Shown: positions 26,643 to 37,581, counted from the stretch's first letter. The stretch: 64,000 bases of DNA from Candidatus Parcubacteria bacterium (GCA_039796775.1 JBDKJD010000003.1:12697-76696); one strand, 5' to 3'. Notes: generated by a model from the letters alone, not told the origin. Numbers and translations are program-made.

Positions 26643-26915
26643 CTCGAGAAAAAAGTACAAGTACTTTTCGTGCGGAATCGAACGAAAAACCGGTCTACGG
26701 AATTATCCTTGCAAAAGTTTTCTTCCTGACTTTTGTAAGGATAATTTTGTCGGTTTTTCTCGGGGTCGAGACTTTGAGTGTTTTATGAATACCCAAGGTG
26801 TGAAATAAAATACCAAAGTGGTGACCGAAAACGAAGTGGTTTCTGCCGAGAGTATAGAACACTAAAATATAACAAAACCCCTTCACAACTGTGAAGGGGT
26901 TTTTTGTATAAATAA

Positions 26916-27221
26916 TTATTCAGCAATCTGTAATAGCTTCGCCATCATTTCTTGATTGAAACCAACCATCACATCTTCGCCTATCTTGATAACAGGCACA
27001 CCCATTTGACCTGTCATTTCTACCATCTCTTTGCGTTTATCAAGATTCTCAGCAACGTTATAATCTGTGAAAGCAATATTCTTAGAGCCGAGCCAATCTT
27101 TGGCCATATGACAAAAGTGACATGTCGGGGTGCTATAAATTTCCACATTATGTATTTGATTAACTTCTATTGTTTTTGTATCCATATAGAGTAGAGTATA
27201 CAAAATATTCACGGGAATCAA
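26916..27221 (-). CDS. glutaredoxin/NrdH-like thioredoxin-fold protein
   Basis: YSTPTCHFCHMAKDWL CxxC active site; likely real start at internal Met (MDTKT...). Confidence 0.6.
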   Translation of the reverse strand: MIPVNILYTLLYMDTKTIEVNQIHNVEIYSTPTCHFCHMAKDWLGSKNIAFTDYNVAENLDKRKEMVEMTGQMGVPVIKIGEDVMVGFNQEMMAKLLQIAE

Positions 27222-27227
27222 AATCTC

Positions 27228-27656
27228 TTATTTATCACCTCTACGAAACACAGAATTCCACCAAATACTTAGCTTTTCCAAAAAAGAAATCCGCTCTCGT
27301 ACATTACTCACTGGAGATTTTTGATTATCGTATACAATGATTACCCCCTCACCTTCTTTGACTACAGGATGAGTTGTTCGTATATACTCTTCTTCACCGC
27401 GAGGAGTTTTAATGAACGCAAGAGATTCCTCTGCTTTCTCTTTTTTCTGCTTAAGGTCGAGCATTTCCTTTTCTGTATCATCTCTTATCTTACTCATCTC
27501 TATCCTTTTATTGTTAAGCTCAACAACCGATCGCGCCAAAACAATAACTAGAACGAACAAAATAACAATGACTGTTTTTGAGTAAAAAATCGTTCTTATA
27601 ATATGTTTTTGTTGATATTCTTTCACAGATGCTGTAGTATATCTATATTCTAACAC
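27228..27656 (-). CDS. TM + coiled-coil protein (FtsB/DivIC-like septum formation initiator, tentative)
   Basis: N-terminal TM, KQKKEKAEESL coiled-coil; weak. Confidence 0.3.
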   Translation of the reverse strand: MLEYRYTTASVKEYQQKHIIRTIFYSKTVIVILFVLVIVLARSVVELNNKRIEMSKIRDDTEKEMLDLKQKKEKAEESLAFIKTPRGEEEYIRTTHPVVKEGEGVIIVYDNQKSPVSNVRERISFLEKLSIWWNSVFRRGDK

Positions 27657-27673
27657 GTAGCAACGACTATTAT

Positions 27674-27778
27674 ATGTTCAACTCAAAACATCGAAAATTA
27701 GTAGAAAGAATCTGGGCAGGAATTTCTATCTTAGCAATTCTTGGAATGATACTTTTCTCTGTAGCAATAGTTCTCTAA
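27674..27778 (+). CDS. 34-aa small hydrophobic peptide with own terminator
   Basis: MFNSKHRKLVERIWAGISILAILGMILFSVAIVL; terminator aaaaacagcgc-ttact-gcgctgttttt at 27781..27807. Confidence 0.3.
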   Translation: MFNSKHRKLVERIWAGISILAILGMILFSVAIVL

Positions 27779-28223
27779 AGAAAAACAGCGCTTACTGCGC
27801 TGTTTTTTAATTCCCTCAATCTTGGGGGAAAATTTCAAGGTATGGTTTAAACATTTCACCGGAGGCGTACGCTTCAAGCGTGACGCCTCCAAAAACGACA
27901 GGGTAGCTTAGATCTGGTTGTTTAGATTCTTTAAACACCTGTCCTCCATAAAACCATCTATTTCCTTTTTTGAAAAATTTTGCAGCCCCTATAAAAAAGT
28001 TGTAGGATTTTCAGGTTTTGACACGTATACAGAATCATAAGAGTGACCACAATTTGGACCAGAATGATATTTGACAGACTCTAAAACAACACCGTTATCT
28101 ACATTTATTCCAATCGAAAGAACAGGGAAATTGGTGTCACCAATTTTTTTTGAAAATGCTGCAACAATAGTTATAGTACCCCTTTTTGATTAAAAGCAAA
28201 CAGCTAAAGGCTAATAGCTACCC

Positions 28224-30020
28224 TTACTTCTCTGTCGGTTTCATCATGTTTAAGAATGTGTCATGAGAAATATTAACTTTACCTTCGCGCTGCATTCTAT
28301 CCTTTCCTCGCTTCTGCTTTTCTCGTAACTTCATCTTACGAGTAATATCCCCTCCGTAGAGATACCCTGTTACATCTTTCTTCATCGGAGCGATTGATCG
28401 AGAAGCAACAATACGACCATGCACATATGCTTGGATTTTGATTCTAAATAATTCTCTTGGCAAAATCTTCTCTAATTTCTCAACCACTTCTTCACTTTCT
28501 TCACGTGATCTATGTTCAGGAATAACACGAGAAAATGCTGCGACTCTCTCTTCTGCTACATACACATCCAGTCTCGTGACGGAAGCTGGCTTCATCTCTC
28601 CTTTTCTATATGCGATAGAAGCATATCCAGAAGACGCTGACTTCACCTCATCAAAGAAGTTACGCATAAGCTCACGAAGTGGCATATCGATAATCATCTC
28701 AACTCTATCGTGCCCCCAATCAACCATATCCGTGACACTTGCTTCATGTATATGGAGCAATTGCATAAGCGTGCTGACATATTCATGGGGCGTAATGATA
28801 GTAAGCACTATCCAAGGTTCCATCACACTTATGTATTGCCCATGATCTGGGAAGTGTATTGGTGTATAGACCATTTCCTTTTCTCCGTTTTTTAATGTTA
28901 CTTCATATGTAATAGATGGTGTAGTAATAACAAGCTCTTGGTCGAATTCTCGTCGTAATCGTTCAGTTACAATCTCTAAGTGAAGCATACCCAAAAACCC
29001 ACAACGGAATCCTCTTCCTAATGCACCAGACGCTTCTTCTTCAAAGGTAAGTGATGAGTCTGACAATTTCAACTTGGAAAGTGAGCTACGCAAATCATCA
29101 AACTCATCTTGAGTCTCAGGATACAGTGAAGCAAATACGAGTGGAACGGGAAGAGAGTAACCAGGGAATGCTGGGAGTGGACGCGCAAATGTTGTCACTG
29201 TATCTCCAACTCGAGCAATACCTGGCTCTTTGATACCAGTCACTATATACCCTATCTCCCCTTTATGAAGAACTCCTGTTTCTCTTTTTTCTGGAGAAAA
29301 TGTTCCTACTTCTCTTATGATAAAACGATGCTTCGCTTGGAGGAATAGTAAGTCTTCACCATTTTTGACCACACCATCAAGAATACGAACATAAAGAATA
29401 ACCCCTTGATGATTGGAATATTCAAAATCAAAGATAAGCGCCCTTGAGGAAGGTGACGATTCAAATTCTGAAACTGGAGGAGGGATTCTTTTAATTACTG
29501 CTTCCACTAATTCTCTCACCCCTTCTCCTGTTTTGCCTGAGACTGCAAGTATCTCAGACTTGTCGCATCCGAGTAGTTTAACAATTTCGTCTTTTACTTC
29601 ATCTGCATGAGCGAGCGGGCTATCTATCTTGTTCACTACTGGAATAATAGTGATGCCAGCTTCTTTGGCCATCTCGAGCGTAGTTAATGTTTGAGCTTGT
29701 ACCCCCTGAGTAGCATCAACCAGTAGTAACGCACCTTCAACCGCTCGAAGTGAACGTGATACTTCATATGAGAAATCAATATGCCCAGGAGTATCAATTA
29801 AGTTAAGGATATAATCATTACCGTCATCACTTTTATACTCCATACGAACAGGAGTCATCTTGATCGTGATGCCTCGCTCACGTTCAAGTTCCATACTGTC
29901 TAAGACCTGCTCTTTCATTTTGCGAGCATCCACCGTCTTAGTAACTTCAAGAAGTCTATCTGCAAGCGTAGACTTACCGTGGTCAATATGGGCTATGATT
30001 GAGAAGTTGCGTATATTCAT
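28224..30020 (-). CDS. lepA: elongation factor 4 (LepA)
   Basis: [18 protein letters not shown]1 motif, LepA-specific C-terminal domain, 598 aa. Confidence 0.9.
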   Translation of the reverse strand: MNIRNFSIIAHIDHGKSTLADRLLEVTKTVDARKMKEQVLDSMELERERGITIKMTPVRMEYKSDDGNDYILNLIDTPGHIDFSYEVSRSLRAVEGALLLVDATQGVQAQTLTTLEMAKEAGITIIPVVNKIDSPLAHADEVKDEIVKLLGCDKSEILAVSGKTGEGVRELVEAVIKRIPPPVSEFESSPSSRALIFDFEYSNHQGVILYVRILDGVVKNGEDLLFLQAKHRFIIREVGTFSPEKRETGVLHKGEIGYIVTGIKEPGIARVGDTVTTFARPLPAFPGYSLPVPLVFASLYPETQDEFDDLRSSLSKLKLSDSSLTFEEEASGALGRGFRCGFLGMLHLEIVTERLRREFDQELVITTPSITYEVTLKNGEKEMVYTPIHFPDHGQYISVMEPWIVLTIITPHEYVSTLMQLLHIHEASVTDMVDWGHDRVEMIIDMPLRELMRNFFDEVKSASSGYASIAYRKGEMKPASVTRLDVYVAEERVAAFSRVIPEHRSREESEEVVEKLEKILPRELFRIKIQAYVHGRIVASRSIAPMKKDVTGYLYGGDITRKMKLREKQKRGKDRMQREGKVNISHDTFLNMMKPTEK

Positions 30021-30077
30021 AAGTCCTTCTAATACTACACGAAAATAGACATAATAACAAAAGAAACGGACCTTATC

Positions 30078-31352
30078 TTAGTGAAGTTTTTTCTTGTTAT
30101 AAAAATACAACATCAAAAAGAAGCTCATCAAAAATGTCACTGTGATTCCATAGAGGAGACTTATCACCCCAAGATGAAGCGTAGAATATGCCGTTACTAC
30201 TCCTAAAGCGTTTGAAATCACGCCGACCATGAGGACACTTTTGGTATCTTTCATAGAATAAAAACTAACAACAAGATACCCGGTCATCATATGCACTGGA
30301 AGTATGATCAAAAATCCAATCAAAAAGAATGCAATCAATTCATTTTGACCAGAGTTACCGTAGAGTATATAAATCACCTCTTCTCTTAAGCCGTACAACA
30401 CAATCGATGCCATAACTCCAACCACACCAAGAGCGATAACATATCGCTTAACAGTTTCTTTGTAGAGAGTGACTTTATGTTCTACAACATCTCTTGAAAG
30501 TATAGGGATACTCGCTGCTGTTACACTTTGTTGAACTATTTGAATAACACCATCCATAATACGTTGAGCAAACAAATAGCTCGAAAGAACTCCAGGACCA
30601 AGCATCGTAGCAAAGCTAGTGAAACTAATCACACGAAGTTGTGTAACTATATTAAGACCGGTTCTCGGAATCCCAAGATAAACAAGCTCCTTTATGTGAT
30701 CCCAAGAGAAATGAAATAACACTTCCCCAATCTTAGCCTTACGCAAAGATAGTAACTGAACCAAGAAAGAAATAAACGCTCCAACAAGCACCCCATAAAT
30801 AAGCCCGTCTATTCCAAATGAAGGATATAAATAAATAATTCCAAAAATAATACCAAGTGAATATCCAAGTGGTGCAACCCCGAAGATAATAAAATGATTT
30901 TTTAATTGAGCAAAACAAGAAATCAAAGAAGTGAGCCCGAGCAATACGGGCTGAATAAGAAGTAATCGAGTAACTGAGACAAAAGTATCTATTTGTTCCT
31001 GAGAGAATCCGGGGACAATAAACCTTGCATAAAGATGTACTGTAAGTGCGATAATAGTACCAACAATTGTAAGCATTATCCCCACAAAAAGAAACGTTGA
31101 CGAAAGTTTTTTACGTGGATCTTCTATGTTACCTTTCTTGTCTTCCACTGTTAAAAAAGGCACCACTGTCGCTGATGTCACAAAAGCAAGCGACAACGCA
31201 TAGAGAAGATCAGGCAACCTGAATGCAGCATTATATACGTCGAGAATCTCTCCGACACCAACATTCGTAGCTAGAAGTCTATCTCTCACAACTCCGAGCA
31301 AAACTGAGAGAATGCTAAAAAAAGCTATAATTACTGAGTTTTTGAGAATCAT
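30078..31352 (-). CDS. murJ: lipid II flippase MurJ-like (short, 424 aa)
   Basis: LLGVVRDRLLATNVGVGEILDVYNAAFRLPDLL aligns to MurJ N-terminal signature; 12+ TM. Confidence 0.65.
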   Translation of the reverse strand: MILKNSVIIAFFSILSVLLGVVRDRLLATNVGVGEILDVYNAAFRLPDLLYALSLAFVTSATVVPFLTVEDKKGNIEDPRKKLSSTFLFVGIMLTIVGTIIALTVHLYARFIVPGFSQEQIDTFVSVTRLLLIQPVLLGLTSLISCFAQLKNHFIIFGVAPLGYSLGIIFGIIYLYPSFGIDGLIYGVLVGAFISFLVQLLSLRKAKIGEVLFHFSWDHIKELVYLGIPRTGLNIVTQLRVISFTSFATMLGPGVLSSYLFAQRIMDGVIQIVQQSVTAASIPILSRDVVEHKVTLYKETVKRYVIALGVVGVMASIVLYGLREEVIYILYGNSGQNELIAFFLIGFLIILPVHMMTGYLVVSFYSMKDTKSVLMVGVISNALGVVTAYSTLHLGVISLLYGITVTFLMSFFLMLYFYNKKKLH

Positions 31353-31407
31353 ACAATATATAGGAGTATAACATAAGAGAAAAAACTTCCTTTCGGAAGT
31401 TTTTTCA

Positions 31408-31797
31408 TTGCGTCTCTATCTATAAGCCGAATTCTGTCCCCGTGGGATAACGATATCAGAATATTTTGAAGTTTTGAACTCCTTACGTGATATAACAATC
31501 AACGGAACTCTGCTACCGTTATCCCACGGGGTGTAGACATTTATCTAGGACTTCTCTTGCGATCAGTCTCAAGCGACTCAAAGGATTGCTCCAGTACGGT
31601 CTTGCACACACGTATGTATTTAGCCGTTTCAGCCGAACTTAATCGGATCGTTTCTGTTCGCAACACGTGGATCACTCCAGGTGGGTGTTACCCACTACGC
31701 TTCCAACACTTACCTCTGAGACAAGCTCAGGCGGTTGATATGTGTTCGGACTTTCCTCACGATATTACTATCGCGCGTCTACCCAATAGAGACCAAA
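31408..31797 (-). ncRNA. rnpB: RNase P RNA (bacterial type)
   Basis: On minus strand: P4 5' strand GAGGAAAGTCCGAACAC and P4 3' strand ACAGAATTCGGCTTATAG; P1 GTCTCTAT/ATAGAGAC; followed by terminator hairpin 31383..31408. Confidence 0.8.
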
Positions 31798-31840
31798 CCA
31801 CTATATACTAGTCTTTCAAATAACTCAAGTGGTGAACAGT

Positions 31841-32371
31841 TTAATTCTCAAATTTTATTTTTGAACCGAGGTATATTCCATAATCGTCAGAAAGCCCAGC
31901 ATTTATTTCAAGAACAAAACTAGCATCTATTCCATTAATAAAATGTTTTGGATATGTATCAGGGGTTACATTTCTCTCTATCCAAACTACAGTACCTGTA
32001 TAGTCTATCCAAATAATATCAAGAGGAAAATTCATCGCCTTCATCCAAAAGCCATACTTGCCAGGATGGTCGAACACAAATAACATTCCCTCATTATCTT
32101 TCATCTTCTCTCTTCCGGATAATCCGAGTGATCTTGATTTATCTGTAGATACGACTTCTGCCATAAGCGCACCCTTAGGTAACAGTACAGTTACGTCATG
32201 ACGAACTATTTTATCAAACATTTCATTGTTACAAACTTTCTCAACAAAACATCTATAAAAATATTCTCCAGAGAAAAAGAACCCTGTAACAACAAAAAGA
32301 ATCACAACAAAACGAATCACTTTTTGTTTAAGAGAAAGCGATTGTTTGATTTTGGTTTTTTTGGAACTCAT
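31841..32371 (-). CDS. DUF192 domain protein with N-terminal TM
   Basis: GMLFVFDHPGKYGFWMKAMNFPLDIIWID matches DUF192. Confidence 0.55.
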   Translation of the reverse strand: MSSKKTKIKQSLSLKQKVIRFVVILFVVTGFFFSGEYFYRCFVEKVCNNEMFDKIVRHDVTVLLPKGALMAEVVSTDKSRSLGLSGREKMKDNEGMLFVFDHPGKYGFWMKAMNFPLDIIWIDYTGTVVWIERNVTPDTYPKHFINGIDASFVLEINAGLSDDYGIYLGSKIKFEN

Positions 32372-32389
32372 GTACAGAATACTACAGTA

Positions 32390-34177
32390 TTACCCCTGAC
32401 GACCTGCACGTGAACGTTCAGATTCTGTAAGAAGCTTCTTGCGGAGACGTACTGACTTTGGTGTAACTTCTAAGTATTCATCAGCGTTCATTATTTCAAG
32501 TCCACGCTCAATTGTAATCTCCCATGCAGGCACAAGAACAATAGCTTCATCGGCACCAGATGAGCGCATGTTAGAAAGTTGCTTACCTTTAGTTGGGTTC
32601 ACCATCATCTCTTCACCCTTTGATGTGTTACCGATAACCATACCTTCATATACTTCTGTAGTAGGTAAGATATAAATAACTCCACGATCTTGAAGATTCC
32701 AAAGCGAGAATGCAAGTGACTTACCTGTAGCCATTGATGTCATAGAACCTACGAGACGGCGAGTAATCTCTCCTGCATATGGACCGAACTTGAGGAAACG
32801 CGCTGAGAGAATACCAAGACCTTTAGTATCAATGACGAACTCTCCACGATAACCAAGAAGCCCACGTGTTGGGATTTCTGCTTTGATACGACTAATACCA
32901 TTCTTCTCTGACATATCGGTAATCATAGCTTTGCGGCGACCAAGCTTCTCCATCACTGCACCGGATGATTCTGTTGGCACATCAATAACAAGCTCTTCGT
33001 ATGGCTCCTCCTTAACGCCGTCTTTTTCATGGAAAATAACTTGAGGCTGTGATACCTGTAATTCATACCCTTCACGACGCATTGTCTCAAGAAGTACACC
33101 GATATGAAGCTCTCCACGACCATACACGAGATATTTATCAGTATCAAAATCCACCCTGAGTCCTACGTTGATCTCAAGCTCCTTCTCTAGACGGTCACGA
33201 ATCTGACGACCGGTGACGAACTTACCTTCCTTACCGGCAAATGGAGAATCGTTCACGAGGAAGTTAAGAGCAATCGTTGGCTCATCAATCGCAATAGCAG
33301 GCATCGCCTCTTGTGTCGCCTCTTTAACAAAGGTATCTCCAATATATACATCAGAGAACCCAGCGATCATAGCGATATCTCCAGCCGCTACTTCTTCTAC
33401 ATCAACTCTATTAATACCGTTGAAGGTATATATCTTAGTAATCTTACTCTTAGATGTTGTACCGTCTGCTTTTTTGATTGTATACTCTCCTCCAACTTTA
33501 AGAACTCCATCATACATACGAACAACGGCCATGCGTCCGAGGAAGTTATCATATGCCAAATTAAAAGCTTGAGCACACGGAAGCTTAGCCATATCTCCAG
33601 TTGCCTTTGGAACTTTCTCGAGAATGATATCAAGAAGCGGTGAAAGGTCTTTCTTCTCATCGGTAAGATTCTTCATAGCTACACCCTCACGCCCGATTGC
33701 GTACACAGTGGTGAAATCTAGTTGTTCATCATTAGCTCCGAGCTCCATAAAAAGTTCGAACACCTCGTCATGTACACGAGTCGCATCAGCTGCAGGCTTG
33801 TCTATCTTGTTAATAACTACAATAGGTTTAAGCCCAAGCTCAAGAGACTTCTTGAGTACGAAACGTGTCTGCGGCATTGGACCTTCTTGAGCGTCAACAA
33901 CGAGGAGTACGCAATCAATAGAGCGTAACACACGCTCTACTTCTGATCCGAAGTCAGCGTGACCTGGAGTATCGAGAATATTAATCTTAACTCCTTTGTA
34001 TGGCACAGAAGTATTCTTCGCGGTAATTGTGATACCACGCTCTTTTTCCATTGGATTAGAGTCCATTGTCTGACCCTCTACTCCGACCCCACACTGCTTC
34101 ATGAGCGCGTCAGTAAGAGTTGTCTTTCCATGGTCAACGTGAGCGATGATGGCGATATTACGAATTTCTTGTTGCAT
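32390..34177 (-). CDS. typA: GTP-binding translational regulator TypA/BipA
   Basis: IRNIAIIAHVDHGKTTLTD, 595 aa, EF-G-like domains. Confidence 0.9.
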   Translation of the reverse strand: MQQEIRNIAIIAHVDHGKTTLTDALMKQCGVGVEGQTMDSNPMEKERGITITAKNTSVPYKGVKINILDTPGHADFGSEVERVLRSIDCVLLVVDAQEGPMPQTRFVLKKSLELGLKPIVVINKIDKPAADATRVHDEVFELFMELGANDEQLDFTTVYAIGREGVAMKNLTDEKKDLSPLLDIILEKVPKATGDMAKLPCAQAFNLAYDNFLGRMAVVRMYDGVLKVGGEYTIKKADGTTSKSKITKIYTFNGINRVDVEEVAAGDIAMIAGFSDVYIGDTFVKEATQEAMPAIAIDEPTIALNFLVNDSPFAGKEGKFVTGRQIRDRLEKELEINVGLRVDFDTDKYLVYGRGELHIGVLLETMRREGYELQVSQPQVIFHEKDGVKEEPYEELVIDVPTESSGAVMEKLGRRKAMITDMSEKNGISRIKAEIPTRGLLGYRGEFVIDTKGLGILSARFLKFGPYAGEITRRLVGSMTSMATGKSLAFSLWNLQDRGVIYILPTTEVYEGMVIGNTSKGEEMMVNPTKGKQLSNMRSSGADEAIVLVPAWEITIERGLEIMNADEYLEVTPKSVRLRKKLLTESERSRAGRQG

Positions 34178-34442
34178 ACCGAGATGGTTATTAGGTGTTA
34201 GTTATTAGTGATTAGACAATACAAAATACTAAAATGTTTTTGTAGAAAAATATGAAGCGGTACTGTACCGCTTAGATAGGGAATATTATAACACAATTTC
34301 TCTAAAAAAGCTAGCCCGTTTTCTTTTCTTCATATGCTAGAATTCTTATGTAAGAGCATTCTTGTTGGAATCACGATAAACAACAAGTTCTACCCCACTT
34401 ACCGGTGAGGCTTTAGTTTGCAAACTAAAGAAAAATGTTCGA

Positions 34443-34470
34443 AAAAAGCAGCCGACCTCGCTGCTTTTTC
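34443..34470 (-). terminator. rho-independent terminator
   Basis: aaaaagcagc-cgacctc-gctgcttttt. Confidence 0.6.
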
Positions 34471-34496
34471 TTTTTGCTTATCAAATAACCTGTTTA

Positions 34497-36506
34497 CTAT
34501 TTAATACCCAACTCTTTCAAGAACGCTTTATTACTTGGCTTACGCCCAAGGAAGTTAGTAAGAAGCTTCATCTCATCTTCCGACGATCCCTTTTCAAGTA
34601 CCTCTCTTCGCCACTTCATCCCAACTTCAGCATTAGTCATCACATTCTTATTTCCTTTTGTCTTGAAACTCTCAAATGCGTCACATGCATACACAAGCGC
34701 CCAAAGATATGAATAATATCCTGCATCATACCCAACAAGATGACCAAACCCAGCCACGAAAAGCGGAGACACCTTTGGCATGTCTATATTAAAGAATTGT
34801 TTATTCATCTTACTGTACACGCTCTCTACATCTTTTATTTTTCCAAGATGCAGATCCATGTCGAGCTTGCCCTGAATAAGTTGACGCGTATAAAAATAAG
34901 CATTCATGTGAACCTTACCTTTGACGATCCGATCGATCATTGCGTCATCCATTTTTTCTTGTGTCTTATAATTATGAGAAAGTTGCTTCATCACCTTTTT
35001 GTCCCATACCCAGTTCTCCATAATCTGAGACGGTGTCTCGACGAAGTCCCACGCAACATTGGCTCCAGCCTGTGACTCAAGACGTGCACGAGAAAGTGTC
35101 ATATGGAGGAGATGCCCGAATTCATGGAACAATGTCTCTACGTCTGAAATAGATAAGAGTGACGGGACTTTTTTAGTTGGTGTAGGGAAGTTACAAAGCA
35201 TCACAGAGTACGCAGGCAGATATTCTTCCCCTTTCCAAGTCTTCTCTTTTGAAACAACAACATCTACCATACACGCATGACCATACTTCCCTTCACGTGG
35301 ATAAAGATCTAATGAGAAATACCCGATAAGAGCACCTTTGTTATCTTTGGACTCATCTCTAATTTCATAACTCTCTACATCTTTGTGCCAGAGTGTGAGC
35401 GGTGTCTTGTGAAATGAAATAGAAAATAATTCTCCAAATATTCTAAACATCTCTTTCTGTACATGAGTTGTTGGGAAATATGCTTTTACTGTTTCCGGGT
35501 CAATATCATATAACTTCTTTTTAAGTGATGTTCCAACAAAAGAAATATCAAAGTAATCAAGCTTTTTGATTCCTAATTGCTTTGCTTCTCTGCCTAATTC
35601 TTGTAATTCTGCTTTTGCTTGTGGCGCTATTTTTTTGAGAAGATCTTCTTGGAACTGTGATGCCACCTCCCCGCTACGGGCCATACGATTCTCGGTTTTA
35701 AAATCAGCGTGATGCTTATATCCAAGAATAGTTGCAATCTTGTGACGAATCGTTACTAACTCATTTAAAATAGTTAGATTCTTTTTGCCTCCTTTTTTGA
35801 GATTCTTAAGAGCAAGCTCTTCGCGCTTCTTGCGATTCTTGGCTTCTGACATAAAAGGAAGCACATGCGGATACTGAAGCGAAACAATATATCTACCATC
35901 AGTATGACGAGGGAGTGCTGTTATATAATTCTCACTCATTCCATCAAGTTCATCTTTGGTACAAAGGATATAATCTTGATAGTCATTGATATTCTTACGG
36001 AAAGCGATTGAAAGCTTGGAGGATTTTTTAAAAAGAACTTTTAATTCTTTTTGTTTTTTAGTATCTAAATCAAAACCAATTCGCTTATACTCGCGAAGTG
36101 TTTCTTCAATGAGCTTGATATCTTCTTTTCTCAAAGACTTTTTTTCATCACGAAAATTCCCTTCATAGTATTCAAGTACAGCGATGTAGAGATCTCTATC
36201 GTACTCTATGTCTACCGCCTTTTCAGAGACAGAAGAGAGGACTGCTGTAGCACCATCTCGGACCTCTTTCTTGGTTGATGTCTCTGCGAGTAGCCCCATC
36301 TTTGAAAGCGCGCTTTCGAACATATCATCTGCGCGTTCGAGTGCATACACAGTATTCAAGAATGTTCTTTCTTCAGGGAGAATAGACTTTATTTCTTGAT
36401 AGACTTTTTTCTTATTTTCAAGATAACTCTTTGCAATCTTTTCCATCTGCTTTGGTGTCCATTTCACCCAAGCGAAATCTTTTTGTGTAAGCGGTAGTGT
36501 TTTCAT
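34497..36506 (-). CDS. M3 family oligoendopeptidase (PepF-like)
   Basis: HEFGHLLHMTL HExxH zinc site in M3 context, 669 aa. Confidence 0.7.
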   Translation of the reverse strand: MKTLPLTQKDFAWVKWTPKQMEKIAKSYLENKKKVYQEIKSILPEERTFLNTVYALERADDMFESALSKMGLLAETSTKKEVRDGATAVLSSVSEKAVDIEYDRDLYIAVLEYYEGNFRDEKKSLRKEDIKLIEETLREYKRIGFDLDTKKQKELKVLFKKSSKLSIAFRKNINDYQDYILCTKDELDGMSENYITALPRHTDGRYIVSLQYPHVLPFMSEAKNRKKREELALKNLKKGGKKNLTILNELVTIRHKIATILGYKHHADFKTENRMARSGEVASQFQEDLLKKIAPQAKAELQELGREAKQLGIKKLDYFDISFVGTSLKKKLYDIDPETVKAYFPTTHVQKEMFRIFGELFSISFHKTPLTLWHKDVESYEIRDESKDNKGALIGYFSLDLYPREGKYGHACMVDVVVSKEKTWKGEEYLPAYSVMLCNFPTPTKKVPSLLSISDVETLFHEFGHLLHMTLSRARLESQAGANVAWDFVETPSQIMENWVWDKKVMKQLSHNYKTQEKMDDAMIDRIVKGKVHMNAYFYTRQLIQGKLDMDLHLGKIKDVESVYSKMNKQFFNIDMPKVSPLFVAGFGHLVGYDAGYYSYLWALVYACDAFESFKTKGNKNVMTNAEVGMKWRREVLEKGSSEDEMKLLTNFLGRKPSNKAFLKELGIK

Positions 36507-36531
36507 ATGTAAGCTATTTTAGCATAAACCT

Positions 36532-37086
36532 CTAACGCTTGTTAGGTGCTCGATAGTATCTACATTCTTCTCCGTGTGCACCTGGAAGCATATTGATGCT
36601 CATCAAGAATTCCCCCACTATTTCACCTCCTACAAATTTAAATTGCTTCTTGAAAATCTTAACCCATTCTTTTTTTGCACTGCTTTCGGCTTTTAGCTTT
36701 TCGCTTTTAGCTTGAACATTCAGCCACTTCCTAAAGCTACCAAACTCCTTCTGTATCTCTACCAACTTTTGTGCGTTATAAATGGCTGCACCGATCTTTA
36801 AGCGATTACGAATAATCCCTGCGTCATTCATAAGACGAGTGAAGTCTTTCTCATCATACTTCGCTACCTTTTTAATATCAAAATTGTCATACGCTTTTCT
36901 GAAATTATTTTCTTTTACTAAAATAGTGTGCCATGATAGCCCTGCCTGATTAATCTCCATAACAAGTCTTCCAAAAAGCTCGTCATCATCATCTATCGGT
37001 ACTCCGTAATGAAGGTCGTGATAGATCTTATCGACATCATTCTTGTCAGTTATTTTTGCTACATAATCACAATACGAGTGGGACAT
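36532..37086 (-). CDS. tag: DNA-3-methyladenine glycosylase I
   Basis: EINQAGLSWHTIL...AGIIRNRLKIGAAIYNA aligns to Tag. Confidence 0.8.
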   Translation of the reverse strand: MSHSYCDYVAKITDKNDVDKIYHDLHYGVPIDDDDELFGRLVMEINQAGLSWHTILVKENNFRKAYDNFDIKKVAKYDEKDFTRLMNDAGIIRNRLKIGAAIYNAQKLVEIQKEFGSFRKWLNVQAKSEKLKAESSAKKEWVKIFKKQFKFVGGEIVGEFLMSINMLPGAHGEECRYYRAPNKR

Positions 37087-37091
37087 ATTAC

Positions 37092-37319
37092 TTATTTAGC
37101 GTGTTTCAAAAAATCTTTCTTCTCTATCTCTGCTAATTTTAAAATACCGTGAAGTGTGCCTTCTGCTATTTCTTTATGCAGTGACACAATACTTGTTATA
37201 ACTTTATTCTTAACCTCTTTGATTACCTTAACGTGACTTCCTTTTTGAAAAACAACCTTGAAACCAAAATATTTTTCTAAAACTTTTACTATTTGTTTGC
37301 CAGAGAATGTCTTAGACAT
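37092..37319 (-). CDS. hicA: HicA-family toxin (mRNA interferase)
   Basis: FQKGSHVKV...HKEIAEGTLHGILKLAEI HicA/YcfA motifs. Confidence 0.55.
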   Translation of the reverse strand: MSKTFSGKQIVKVLEKYFGFKVVFQKGSHVKVIKEVKNKVITSIVSLHKEIAEGTLHGILKLAEIEKKDFLKHAK

Positions 37320-37322
37320 ACA

Positions 37323-37535
37323 CTACTCAACAACCTCAAAGGAAGAGATGAATACTGGGCTCTTGAAAGACGATTTTTTGATTGGAGAATTTTCAAGATA
37401 AAGACTTACCGCCTCTTGGAGATTATCCATTGCTTCATCTAGCGCTTTGCCTTGACTCACAACACCAAGCTCTATGCATCGTGCGACAAAAATATTTTTT
37501 TCTTTAACTATACTTGCTGTGAATCTAAGGCTCAT
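37323..37535 (-). CDS. hicB: HicB-family antitoxin (UPF0150)
   Basis: FVARCIELGVVSQGKALDEAMDNLQEAVSLYLE typical HicB N-domain; 3 nt from hicA. Confidence 0.5.
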   Translation of the reverse strand: MSLRFTASIVKEKNIFVARCIELGVVSQGKALDEAMDNLQEAVSLYLENSPIKKSSFKSPVFISSFEVVE

Positions 37536-37581
37536 ATGTTTCGATTATATACCCAAACATTACTAAGGGCAATTCTATATA

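Noticed and set aside
31557-31811. 84-aa plus-strand ORF
   Set aside because: Lies entirely inside the RNase P RNA gene on the opposite strand; conserved P4/P1 RNA motifs explain the sequence
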